A stretch of 64,000 bases of DNA, from NCBI GenBank assembly GCA_030265965.1, contig JAJDHA010000001.1:65394-129393 (forward strand). The letters run 5' to 3'. This DNA is from Odoribacter sp. OttesenSCG-928-L07 (GTDB taxonomy: Bacteria > Bacteroidota > Bacteroidia > Bacteroidales > BM520). The translations under genes were made by a program, and so were the position numbers. Position 1 is the first letter of the stretch. Each line of letters begins with the position of its first letter. This document shows positions 39,319 to 49,400 of the stretch, one piece after another. The notes beneath the pieces are model-generated. The model saw nothing but the letters and a program-made list of their open reading frames with translations, did not search any database and was not told the DNA's origin.

Positions 39319-41943
39319 ATGACTTCAGCTGAAATTCGACATACTTTTCTATCTTTTTTTGCTTCTAAAGGACATGTTATTGTGCCTTCTGCTCCAATGG
39401 TAAATAAAACAGACCCAAATTTGATGTTTACTAATGCGGGAATGAATCAATTTAAAGATATTTTCTTAGGTAATAAACCTATTGTTAGTCCGCGTGTTGT
39501 TGATTCGCAAAAATGTTTAAGAGTCTCCGGAAAACATAATGACTTGGAACAAGTTGGTATTGATACTTACCACCATACAATGTTTGAAATGCTTGGAAAC
39601 TGGTCTTTTGGCGATTATTTTAAAGCTGATGCAATTTCTTATGCTTGGGAACTATTAACCAAAGTATATAAAATTGATAAAGATAGATTGTATGTAACGG
39701 TATTTGAAGGTGATAAGAAAGATGGATTAGAGCCTGACTATGAAGCAAAAGATCAATGGTTGAGGTTTATTGCTCCTGAAAGAATCTTATTTGGAAATAA
39801 AAAAGATAACTTTTGGGAAATGGGCGACCAAGGTCCTTGCGGTCCATGCTCTGAAATCCACGTTGATATTAGAGATGATGAAGAAAGAAAGAAAATTTCC
39901 GGCGCCGAATTGGTAAACAAAGATAATCCGTTGGTTATTGAAATATGGAATCTTGTGTTTATTCAGTATAATCGTAAAGCCGATGGAAGCCTCGAAACTT
40001 TACCTCATAAACATGTTGATACCGGAATGGGCCTCGAAAGATTATGCATGGTTCTCCAAAATGTTAAATCGAATTATGATACAGACGTTTTTCAACCGTT
40101 AATAAAATATATTGCTGAATATTCCGAACTAAAATATGGCGATAATGAGAAAACAGACATTGCCATGCGGGTTGTTGCCGACCACATAAGAGCTGTTGCA
40201 TTTGCAATAACAGACGGACAACTTCCGTCGAATACCGGCGCAGGTTATGTTATAAGAAGAATTTTAAGAAGAGCTGTACGTTACGCTTATTCTTTCCTAA
40301 ATATAAAAGAACCTTTCCTATTTGAATTGCTTAATGTGCTATGCGAACAAATGGGCGAAGCTTATCCGGAATTGTTGGAACAAAAATCTTTCTGCAAAAG
40401 AGTAATCGCTGAAGAAGAAACCTCTTTCTTGAGAACTCTCGAAACAGGAATCCAAAAATTTCATGCGTATATCAATGCTAATCCGGATAAAAATAATGTT
40501 GATGGCGATTTCGCTTTTGAACTGTTTGATACTTTCGGATTTCCAATCGACCTTACAGCTTTGATGGCTGCAGAATTTAATAAAGATGTGGATTTGAATG
40601 GTTTTACACAAAATCTTGAAAAACAAAAAGAACGTTCAAGGAAAGCTGCTGCACAAACTTTGTCGGATTGGATTTTTGTTGACGAAAATAAAGCTTTGGA
40701 TAACGAAAGTACTTTGACTTTCTGTGGTTACGATGATTGGGATGTAAATATCGATATTCTAAAACATAGAAAGGTTACAACAAAAGACGGTACTTTATAT
40801 CAATTAGTATTTCCGATGACTCCGTTTTATGCAGAAAGCGGCGGGCAAGTTGGTGATTGTGGAATGATTGTCAACGAACATGAAAGTGTTAAGATAATAA
40901 ATACTATCAAGGAAAACGACTTGAGTATTCATCTTGCTGAAAGTCTTCCTAAATATTTACATCTGCCTTTCAGAGCAATTGTCGATGTTGAACATAGGAA
41001 AGCAGTTATGGCGAATCACTCGGCAACACATTTGCTCCATAAAGCCCTACGCTCTATTCTCGGAACACATGTTGAACAAAAAGGTTCTTATGTTGGTCCG
41101 GATTACTTGCGCTTCGATTTCTCTCATTTCCAAAAATTGACAGATGATGAAATAATTGCTGTTGAAGAATATGTCAATGCATCTATTCGTGAAAATGTTA
41201 AAAAAGATGAGTTGCGCAATATCCCTATTGATGAAGCAAAGAAAAAAGGCGCAATGGCTCTTTTCGGTGAAAAATACGGCGATACAGTAAGGGTTGTCAG
41301 CTTTGGAGATTCTGTCGAACTTTGCGGCGGTACTCACGTAGAAGCAACAGGAAGTATCGGAGTCTTTAAAATTATTTCCGAAGGTGCAATAGCTGCCGGA
41401 ATCAGAAGAATCGAGGCTGTAACCGCAAAAGCCGCTTTCGATTATCTTAATCAACAAACTCATACAGTTCAAGAAGTTAAAAATCTTCTCAAAGTAAAAG
41501 ATGCTTTAAAAGGTGTGGAAAATCTTGTTGAACAAAATAATAATCTACGCAAAGAAATTGAAACGCTAAAACAAGAAAAATTGTCGGGAATGAAAGATGT
41601 TCTTTTGTCAAAAACAAAAGATATTAATGGTATTAATGTAATTGCAGAAAAAGTTGAGATCGACTCTTCTGCAATTAAAGACCTTGCTTTCGAATTAAAA
41701 CAAAATAAAGATAATCTTGCTATTATATTAGGTAGTAATCAGAATGGTAAAGCTGCCATTTGCATTGTCTTTACAGACGATTTAGTAAAGAAAGGTTTGC
41801 ATGCCGGCAATATCATTCGCGAAGCAGTAAAAGAAATTGACGGTGGTGGAGGAGGACAAGCTCATTTTGCTACCGCAGGCGGAAAATCACCGGAAAAAAT
41901 CGACATGGCAATTGCAAAAGCAAAAGATTTAATAATTATGTAG
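39319..41943 (+). CDS. alaS: Alanine--tRNA ligase
   Basis: Class II AlaRS catalytic core, editing-domain HSATHLLH and CGGTH motifs, C-terminal DHHA1-like GGGG domain. Confidence 0.97.
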   Translation: MTSAEIRHTFLSFFASKGHVIVPSAPMVNKTDPNLMFTNAGMNQFKDIFLGNKPIVSPRVVDSQKCLRVSGKHNDLEQVGIDTYHHTMFEMLGNWSFGDYFKADAISYAWELLTKVYKIDKDRLYVTVFEGDKKDGLEPDYEAKDQWLRFIAPERILFGNKKDNFWEMGDQGPCGPCSEIHVDIRDDEERKKISGAELVNKDNPLVIEIWNLVFIQYNRKADGSLETLPHKHVDTGMGLERLCMVLQNVKSNYDTDVFQPLIKYIAEYSELKYGDNEKTDIAMRVVADHIRAVAFAITDGQLPSNTGAGYVIRRILRRAVRYAYSFLNIKEPFLFELLNVLCEQMGEAYPELLEQKSFCKRVIAEEETSFLRTLETGIQKFHAYINANPDKNNVDGDFAFELFDTFGFPIDLTALMAAEFNKDVDLNGFTQNLEKQKERSRKAAAQTLSDWIFVDENKALDNESTLTFCGYDDWDVNIDILKHRKVTTKDGTLYQLVFPMTPFYAESGGQVGDCGMIVNEHESVKIINTIKENDLSIHLAESLPKYLHLPFRAIVDVEHRKAVMANHSATHLLHKALRSILGTHVEQKGSYVGPDYLRFDFSHFQKLTDDEIIAVEEYVNASIRENVKKDELRNIPIDEAKKKGAMALFGEKYGDTVRVVSFGDSVELCGGTHVEATGSIGVFKIISEGAIAAGIRRIEAVTAKAAFDYLNQQTHTVQEVKNLLKVKDALKGVENLVEQNNNLRKEIETLKQEKLSGMKDVLLSKTKDINGINVIAEKVEIDSSAIKDLAFELKQNKDNLAIILGSNQNGKAAICIVFTDDLVKKGLHAGNIIREAVKEIDGGGGGQAHFATAGGKSPEKIDMAIAKAKDLIIM

Positions 41944-41948
41944 GTTAT

Positions 41949-42029
41949 ATGGATAAAGTCGATAAAACGGATAAAATGGATAAAGTCGATAAAATGGATA
42001 AAACGGATAAAGTCGATAAAATAGATATT
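41949..42029 (+). repeat. 9-mer array 2: (NNNGATAAA)x9
   Basis: atggataaa gtcgataaa acggataaa atggataaa gtcgataaa atggataaa acggataaa gtcgataaa atagatatt. 27-nt super-period. Starts 5 nt after the alaS stop. Confidence 0.95.
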
Positions 42030-42042
42030 ACAATGTTTACTC

Positions 42043-42119
42043 GTCACCCGTCACCCGTCACTCGTCACCCGTCACCCGTCACTTGTCACCCGTCACCCGT
42101 CACCCGTCACTCATCACCC
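42043..42119 (+). repeat. Heptamer array 3: (GTCACYC)x11
   Basis: gtcaccc x2, gtcactc, gtcaccc x2, gtcactt, gtcaccc x3, gtcactc, atcaccc. 21-nt super-period. Confidence 0.95.
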
Positions 42120-42127
42120 AAATAAAC

Positions 42128-42135
42128 TAATTTTG
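42128..42135 (+). promoter_or_regulatory. -7 box TAATTTTG upstream of the PASTA-domain gene
   Basis: Exact TAnnTTTG match, 8 nt after the heptamer array and 49 nt upstream of the ATG at 42185. Confidence 0.45.
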
Positions 42136-42184
42136 TAACAATAAAAAAACCTCATAATAGGTTATTAATAATAAAAGTTTTATA

Positions 42185-43042
42185 ATGCAACGTTTTTTAA
42201 AATTAATCTCTAATGTTTATTTTTGGTTGCAATTTGTAATCGCTATAGCATTGATTTTTATTGTACTGTTCATAATTAAAGGCAGTTTAAAAAAATATAC
42301 CCGTCACGATAAAGAACTTGTGGTTCCTGTAATTGAAAATATGTATTATGATGATCTCGTAAACAGTTCTTATGGCGAGCTTTTCAGTTTTACCATTTCA
42401 GATTCGACATACAATGCATTATATGAACCCGGAATTATAATCAGTCAAAATCCAGTTGCCGGATCAAAAGTTAAACCCGGGAGGAAAATTTATCTTACTG
42501 TTTCTGCAGAGTCTCCGGGAGATGTACAAATGCCTAATCTGATAAATTTATCTGTGCGTCAAGCAATTAGTATCGTTGAATCTTCAGGATTGAAATTCGG
42601 TTCAATGGAATTTGTACCTTCGTTTGATAAAGATGCAGTTCTCCAACAAAAATGTAGAGATGTTCAGATTGAACCGGGAACTCTTGTGGTGAAAGGTTCC
42701 GTAATCGACATTGTTGTCGGTGCGGGTTATGACAGACCAATAACTCATCTGCCATTTATCTTAGGCAAAAATGCTAATGAAGCAAAAAACATTCTTAGAA
42801 GTATGTCGCTTAATATTGGTGAAGAACATTTCCACGATTCTTATGATATTAAAGAGGTCTTTGTTTATGGAACAGAACCCATCTGGACTGATACTACAAT
42901 GGTTAACCTCGGCGAATATATTAATCTGTTTTATACTGCTGATACTACTCTTATAAGAATCTCAATAGAAGATGCGTTAATAGAAAAAGATACTATCTTT
43001 GACGAATATTATTTCGATGAAGAAATAAATTTTGATGATTAA
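42185..43042 (+). CDS. PASTA-domain-containing membrane protein
   Basis: N-terminal TM helix followed by repeated PASTA-like units (VPNLINLSVRQAISIVESSGLKFG; LPFILGKNANEAKNILRSMSLNIG). Confidence 0.75.
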   Translation: MQRFLKLISNVYFWLQFVIAIALIFIVLFIIKGSLKKYTRHDKELVVPVIENMYYDDLVNSSYGELFSFTISDSTYNALYEPGIIISQNPVAGSKVKPGRKIYLTVSAESPGDVQMPNLINLSVRQAISIVESSGLKFGSMEFVPSFDKDAVLQQKCRDVQIEPGTLVVKGSVIDIVVGAGYDRPITHLPFILGKNANEAKNILRSMSLNIGEEHFHDSYDIKEVFVYGTEPIWTDTTMVNLGEYINLFYTADTTLIRISIEDALIEKDTIFDEYYFDEEINFDD

Positions 43043-43047
43043 TTAAA

Positions 43048-45027
43048 TTGAATTTAATGAAGAAATTAAATAAATTATTTGCATTTGTAATATTATGCTC
43101 ATTTGCCGGAATGGTTAATGCACAAGAAGTTATTACAAATATGAACACAAATCCGGTATTGCAAAAGAAAACAGCAGAAATCAAAATTAAAACTAAGTCA
43201 GTAGAATCAATTAATCTACCTTTTTTTGATGATTTTACTTATAAAGATGTATTCCCTTCACAATTGTATTGGCAGGATAAAAATGCTTACATAAATAATG
43301 ACTATGCATATCATCCTGTTAGTTATGGTGTTGCTACACTTGATGCGCTGGATGAAAATGGGAAGGTGCATTCTAATTTATATCCGGGGGTTAAAGAGGT
43401 TGCAGATTATCTGACATCACAACCAATTCGCCTTGATTCTATTTTTGGTACTGAAAATAGACTTTTACACGATTACGACTCTGTTTATTTTAGTTTCTTC
43501 TACCAACCTAATTATTGGGATGAAGCTTTGCTTGGATCCCAAGGCTTAAAAGGAGATTCTTTAGTTGTTGAATTTTACTCGCCTGCTGATGAAGAATGGT
43601 ATCATGTGTGGAGTACTGAAAGATTTCCTTTCGATAGTATTAAACCGGAAGAAAATAATGGCAGAACATTTATTGAAGTGATTATTCCAATCGTTGATGA
43701 AGATAGATATTTCCATGATGGCTTCCAATTTAGATTTAAAAATTATGTGACACTAACCGAAGGTAATTATTATCCCGGTTGGCAAGTGAATGGTAGTCAA
43801 TGGAATATTGATTATGTTTATTTAGATAGAGATAGAAGATTTAATGCATATTATAAGGATATTTGTTTCGTAAATAATGCAGGTTCTTTTTTAAAGAATT
43901 ACTCATCAATGCCGTATAATCAGTATTCTGTTAGCTTATTTACTGCTTTAGATGAAATGAGAGATAGTGTTCCTATTCTTATTTCTAATTTAGATAAAAC
44001 AGCAAATAATGTCGGATACGATTATATTGTTACTAAAAGCAATGGTGAGATAATTGATCATCAAGTTGGTGGTAGTGGTGTAATATATCCGTTTCATACA
44101 TCAGGGTATTATCAAAACGGAGAGTATATGCAACCTGTTTTAGATGGTGCAAAGTATTTCCCGCTAAGCACTTCCGCTGATTCTGCAGAATTTACAATTA
44201 CACATTACTTGACCTCTGATCTGGATTTCAAACAAAATGATACTATTTCATTTGTACAAAAATTTCATAATTATTATGCTTATGACAATGGCTCGTCAGA
44301 ATATAGTTATACTTTGAAAACAACAGGGAATGCAGAATTAGCTGTGCTTTTTAAAATTAATTCTGCAGATACTCTTCGAGCAGTAAAAATATATTTTAAT
44401 GATATTGCCGGCGCTGCATCTGAGTTTTATTATAATTTGCGCATTTGGAATAGACAAGATTTAAAACCTCATACTATTATTCATGAACAAGAAATTGTTG
44501 TAAAAAATGATAATCCTGAAAATGATGATTTTATAACTATTATGCTCGATAAACCCATTGTTATTAATCAGGAGAACTTTCCAAATATGGTATTTTATGT
44601 CGGACTTGAAAAACCATCAACGGAAAAAATGGCATTAGGATTTGATATATCTAAAGATAATTCATCTAATACTTACTATAATGTTACCGGTCAATGGGAA
44701 AGAAGTATTTTCTCCGGAACAGTAATGATTAGACCAGTGTTGGGAAAGAAGTTTGAACTTGCTTCAATAGAATATCATGAAGATAAAGAAAAAATTATTG
44801 TTTATCCGAATCCGGTTAAAAACGGCCAAATCAATATTAGAAGCGAAGTCGAAATAAAAAGTATATATATATATAATGGTTTTGGGGTTAAAGTTTATGA
44901 AAGTAATAATGAATTTACTTATAATAAATCTGTATCAATGAGTAACCTACGACAAGGCATTTATTTAGTAGTTGTTGTTGATAACAGAGGTCTGAAATAT
45001 ACAGAGAAAATTATTTTAATGCATTAA
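43048..45027 (+). CDS. T9SS-sorted secreted protein of unknown function
   Basis: Signal peptide ...SFAGMVNAQ. Type-A C-terminal sorting domain IIVYPNPVKNGQINIRS...GIYLVVVVD...IILMH. Confidence 0.8.
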   Translation: MNLMKKLNKLFAFVILCSFAGMVNAQEVITNMNTNPVLQKKTAEIKIKTKSVESINLPFFDDFTYKDVFPSQLYWQDKNAYINNDYAYHPVSYGVATLDALDENGKVHSNLYPGVKEVADYLTSQPIRLDSIFGTENRLLHDYDSVYFSFFYQPNYWDEALLGSQGLKGDSLVVEFYSPADEEWYHVWSTERFPFDSIKPEENNGRTFIEVIIPIVDEDRYFHDGFQFRFKNYVTLTEGNYYPGWQVNGSQWNIDYVYLDRDRRFNAYYKDICFVNNAGSFLKNYSSMPYNQYSVSLFTALDEMRDSVPILISNLDKTANNVGYDYIVTKSNGEIIDHQVGGSGVIYPFHTSGYYQNGEYMQPVLDGAKYFPLSTSADSAEFTITHYLTSDLDFKQNDTISFVQKFHNYYAYDNGSSEYSYTLKTTGNAELAVLFKINSADTLRAVKIYFNDIAGAASEFYYNLRIWNRQDLKPHTIIHEQEIVVKNDNPENDDFITIMLDKPIVINQENFPNMVFYVGLEKPSTEKMALGFDISKDNSSNTYYNVTGQWERSIFSGTVMIRPVLGKKFELASIEYHEDKEKIIVYPNPVKNGQINIRSEVEIKSIYIYNGFGVKVYESNNEFTYNKSVSMSNLRQGIYLVVVVDNRGLKYTEKIILMH

Positions 45028-45029
45028 TT

Positions 45030-46127
45030 ATGACTAAAAAAACAAGTAAGAATAAAGAAGAATTACTTGAAGAACAAAAATTTGATAACGAGCAACTTTC
45101 TGATGATGAGAATGATGAATTAGATCAAGAGGGAAGTTATTATGAACATTTTAATGTAATAGTTGATAAAGGACAGTCGCCAGTTAGAGTTGATAAATTC
45201 TTGTTTTCTAAATTGGAGAATGCGTCGCGAAATAAAATACAAGCGGCTGTCAAAGCAAGTTGTATTCTTGTAAATGGCACTCCGGTAAAATCAAATTATA
45301 AAGTAAAACCTCAAGATGAGCTTTCGGTTCTGATGCCGGAACCGCCGCGTGATACGGAAGTTATTCCGCAAGATATTCCCTTGGATATTGTATATGAAGA
45401 TAATGATATAATAATTGTAAATAAACAAAGTAATCTCGTCGTCCATCCTTCGTATGCAAATTATAACGGTACGCTATTAAATGGTTTGGTTTACCATCTA
45501 AACAAAGAAGGAAAAAACCTTAAACCCGAATTGGTACACAGAATAGATAAAGATACAACAGGTTTGTTGTTGATAGCAAAAAACCTTGAAGCTCAAAGTT
45601 TTTTAGCACAACAATTTTATGTGCACTCAATAGATAGAAGGTATCATGCGCTTGTTTGGGGTGATTTGGAAAATGATAATGGTACTATTATTGGAAATCT
45701 TTCGAGACATCCGAAAGACAGAAGAATTGTTGTCGTTTGTCCTGATGATAGAGGTCAGCATGCAATAACACATTATAAAGTTCTTGAAAGATTAGGATAT
45801 GTAACCTTAATAGAATGTAAATTAGAAACAGGAAGAACGCATCAGATTCGTGCTCACATGCAGCATATCGGACATCCTTTATTCGGTGACCCTACTTATG
45901 GTGGAAATGAAATAGTGAAAGGTACAACATTCAGCAAATACAAACAGTTTGTTTATAATTGCTTTAAGATATTGCCGCGACAAGCTTTGCACGCCAAATC
46001 CTTAGGCTTTATTCACCCTGCCTCAAATCAATTTGTTCAATTCGACTCAGAATTGCCTCAAGATATGACGGATGTTCTTGAAAGATGGAGAAAATATGTT
46101 GGCGCCGGTTGGAGAAGTGGCGATTAG
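45030..46127 (+). CDS. rluD: RluA-family 23S rRNA pseudouridine synthase (RluD-like)
   Basis: S4 domain (VRVDKFL) and catalytic HRIDKDTTGLLL. Acidic N-terminal extension. Confidence 0.9.
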   Translation: MTKKTSKNKEELLEEQKFDNEQLSDDENDELDQEGSYYEHFNVIVDKGQSPVRVDKFLFSKLENASRNKIQAAVKASCILVNGTPVKSNYKVKPQDELSVLMPEPPRDTEVIPQDIPLDIVYEDNDIIIVNKQSNLVVHPSYANYNGTLLNGLVYHLNKEGKNLKPELVHRIDKDTTGLLLIAKNLEAQSFLAQQFYVHSIDRRYHALVWGDLENDNGTIIGNLSRHPKDRRIVVVCPDDRGQHAITHYKVLERLGYVTLIECKLETGRTHQIRAHMQHIGHPLFGDPTYGGNEIVKGTTFSKYKQFVYNCFKILPRQALHAKSLGFIHPASNQFVQFDSELPQDMTDVLERWRKYVGAGWRSGD

Positions 46128-46139
46128 ATGAAAACTGAT

Positions 46140-46181
46140 GCTTCGACTTTGCTCAGCACAAGGCTTCGACTTCGCTCAGCA
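46140..46181 (+). repeat. Tandem duplication of a 19-nt word (GCTTCGACTTYGCTCAGCA), period 23 nt
   Basis: Read directly downstream of rluD. A related gcttcaacaagctcagc occurs at 60204-60220. Confidence 0.75.
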
Positions 46182-46337
46182 TTAGTAGTTGAAAATTGAA
46201 AGATTTATCTTTAGCTGATTTGATGTTTGATTTGATGTAAATTTCATTTAAAAACACAATAATTGCTTGATTGTCTCATGCTCAATGTGATGCATGTTGA
46301 AAATTTATGTTTTTTTAAGAAAAAAATCAATCAGATT

Positions 46338-46368
46338 TTTGCTTTTCTCTCCAAAATTATTATATTTG
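46338..46368 (+). promoter_or_regulatory. Full Bacteroidota promoter: -33 TTTG, 19-nt spacer, -7 TATATTTG (C25 peptidase gene)
   Basis: TTTG at 46338-46341 and TATATTTG at 46361-46368, 39 nt upstream of the ATG at 46408. Confidence 0.55.
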
Positions 46369-46407
46369 CAAATTGAATAATTTTTTTATAACCCAAAAAA
46401 TTTTAAT

Positions 46408-49400
46408 ATGAAAAAACTACTATTTTCCTTTACGCTTGTTTTAATAAGTGTTTTCACTTATGGACAAGTAAAGTCGATTGCCATGCAATCGAATGAGGTC
46501 AAGCAAGAATGCATTAAAGATAACTTTGAAGGCTTTAATGCTGTTTTTTCTTTTGACCACATTAATGCAGTTCCAATAAACACTGAAAAAGGAGATTTCT
46601 CTATCATTAATATTGATGGAGCGTTTCCTACAGGTAATGCTGGAACTCCTGAACTACCGGCGTTTCGTAAATTAATAGCCATTCCTCAAGGCGCTACACC
46701 TAAAGTTATTGTAAAGAGCTATACAGAAGAAGAGTATGATTTGAATAATTATTCTTGGAATAAGATTTTTCCAAAACAACCTTCTACAAGAAAAGATTTG
46801 GAACCGGAAGATATTATTTTTGTTTATGAAGAAGCAGCATACGCAACAAAAGGCTATGAAAGTAGAGAAGTTGCAGTTGTTGAAGAATTAGGAACAATGC
46901 GTAATATCAGAATTGGATCATTACAAGTAAACCCTATTGTTTATGATGCTGGTTCCAACAAAATTAAAGTTAGAAATAATATTGAAGTTGAAGTAGTATT
47001 TGAAGGCGCTGATAAAACAGCAACACAAAACTTATTCGAATCAACTTATAGTATTTATTTCGAACCTGTTTATAAACAATTCTTTAATAGAAATATCTAT
47101 GATGAACATCCAGATTTATACAAAACACCTGTTCACATGTTAGTTGTGGCTAACAGAATGTTTGAAGAAACTTTACAACCATGGATTGAATGGAAAACTA
47201 AAAAAGGATTCTACATGGATGTTAATTATACTGACGAAGTTGGAACAACCGCTAATGAACTTAAAACATTATGTCAAACAAAATATAATGATGGAGTAGC
47301 TAATGGACAAACACCTTCATTTGTTGTTTTGGTTGGTGACGTAGCACAGGTTGTTGCAAGTGCAAGAGGTAGTAAAACTTATAAAGATACAGACTTGTAT
47401 TATGGCTCTGTTGATGGAGATTATTTCCCTGATATGTACTACAGTCGTATGTCTGCAATAAACACAACCCAATTAGAAAATATCATTGAAAAAATATTGT
47501 ATTACGAACAATATCAATTTGAAGACCCAGCTTATTTGGATAATGTTTTGTTAGTTGCAGGTGCTGATGGTAATTGGAATCCAAAAGTCGGTCAACCTCA
47601 AATGAATTATGCGACTACATATTATTATAATGAAGATCATGGATTTGAAAATGTGCATAAATATCTAACCTCACCATATACAGGATGTTATAATAATCTT
47701 GCAAATGTTGGCTTTGCAAATTATACTGCACATTGTGGTGAAACAAGTTGGGGAGACCCGTCTTTTACTATTTCCGGAGTTAATGCACTAACTAATGTAA
47801 ATAAATATTTTGTTGCAATGGGAAATTGCTGTTTAGCAGCAGATTTTGGTTATGGCGAATGTATCGGTGAAGCTTTTATCAGAGGTAATAAAAAAGGTGC
47901 GGTAGGTTATATTGGTTCTTCACCAAGTAGTTATTGGGGCGAAGATTTCCATTTTACTGTCGGTGCTTATGCAGGATCAATAAGTACAGTTGCTACTCCA
48001 ACCATAGAAAATACCAGCGATGGTTGTTATGACTTATCCTTCAGAGAAGCAGACTTCCATTGTTTAAGTTCAATGATATTCGGCGGAAACTTGTCAGTTA
48101 CACACGCAAGTGCTACAGGATGTACAATGCACATCGGCGTTGAATATTATTGGCAAGCATACAATGTATTGGGAGATGGCTCATTAATGCCGTATTGGTC
48201 ACAAGGAGATGAAAATACAGTTTCTCACATGGAAATAGTTCCTATTGGAGTTGATTTTTATGAAGTATCAGCTATTCCGGGTTCTTATGTTGCAATATCA
48301 AAAGACGGCGTTCTTCATGGCGCTGCTTCAGTTGGCGAAACAGGAACAGTACAAGTACCATTGATACCTATTACCTCAGGTGGAGATGTTGATATCGTTG
48401 TTACTGCTCCGCAAAGAATACCTTATATTACTACTCGTCCGGCAGCTGCTCTTGAAGGAGCTTATATTGTTGCAGATGCATATCAACTTGCAGGAGACGG
48501 TATATTAAGCTACGGCGAAACAACCGAAATGGAACTTACAATTAAAAATGTTGGCGGCGACCCATCAGAATCAACAATTAATGTTGTTTTGACTAATACA
48601 GACGGTTTAGCAACTGTTATTGAAGGTACTGCTCAATATCCTATTTTAGAGGTTGGCGCTACAGCTACACAATCAGGATTTAGCTTTGAAGTTTCACAAG
48701 ATGTAAATAATGGACAAACAATTTATTTCGCTGCTGAAATAACTTGCGGCAGAGAAGTGTGGACAAGTAATATCGCTATTAAAGTGTATAAACCTATATT
48801 GAGCTATGAAACTATGGTATGGAAAAATAGCTTTAGCCAAGGTGAAAGCTTTGATATTATGGTAGAATATAAAAACAAAGGCGGGTATTTAGTTTCTAAT
48901 GTTGAAGCTACTCTTGAAACAACGAATGCAGATGTTACTATCAATGTTGCTGAAACTAATTTAGGGACAATTGCACCCGACGGAATAGGTTATGCAATAT
49001 TTAATGTTACTCTATCAGATGATATTTCTGAAAGCTCATCTATTGATTTTGTTAGTCATGTCTCTGGTGATGACGGAGTTATTACGGCTGAAGCTAATTT
49101 CTCCCTAACTAATAAATGTACTATGACCTTCAAAATGTGGGATTCATCAGGAGATGGTTGGGATAATAACGGCCGTATAAGTATTAAACAAAATAATGTT
49201 GAGATAGCTACTGTTAGACTTGAAACCGGAAATTACGGAACAACAACAAAAGATCTACCTACAGGAGAATTGGATTTTGTATGGATATATGGAAATTCTT
49301 ATGATTATGAAAATTCATTTGAGATATATAACTATAATAATGAATTAATCTATAAAACAAGTGGAACACCACAAGCAGGTTCGTTCTTAATATATGAAAA

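Noticed and set aside
41949-42029. The GGA-containing 9-mer array as a CsrA/RsmA-sponge sRNA
   Set aside because: There are only a few A(N)GGA motifs and they are not placed in hairpin loops. As far as I know, CsrA is not a typical Bacteroidota regulator. There is no independent promoter or terminator.
42043-42119. G-quadruplex or i-motif formation as the unifying property of the heptamer arrays
   Set aside because: Arrays 1, 3 and 4 have CCC/GGG tracts, but these are mostly interrupted by 11-nt loops. Array 2 (36194-36256) has no G3/C3 tracts at all. G4 potential therefore cannot explain the family.
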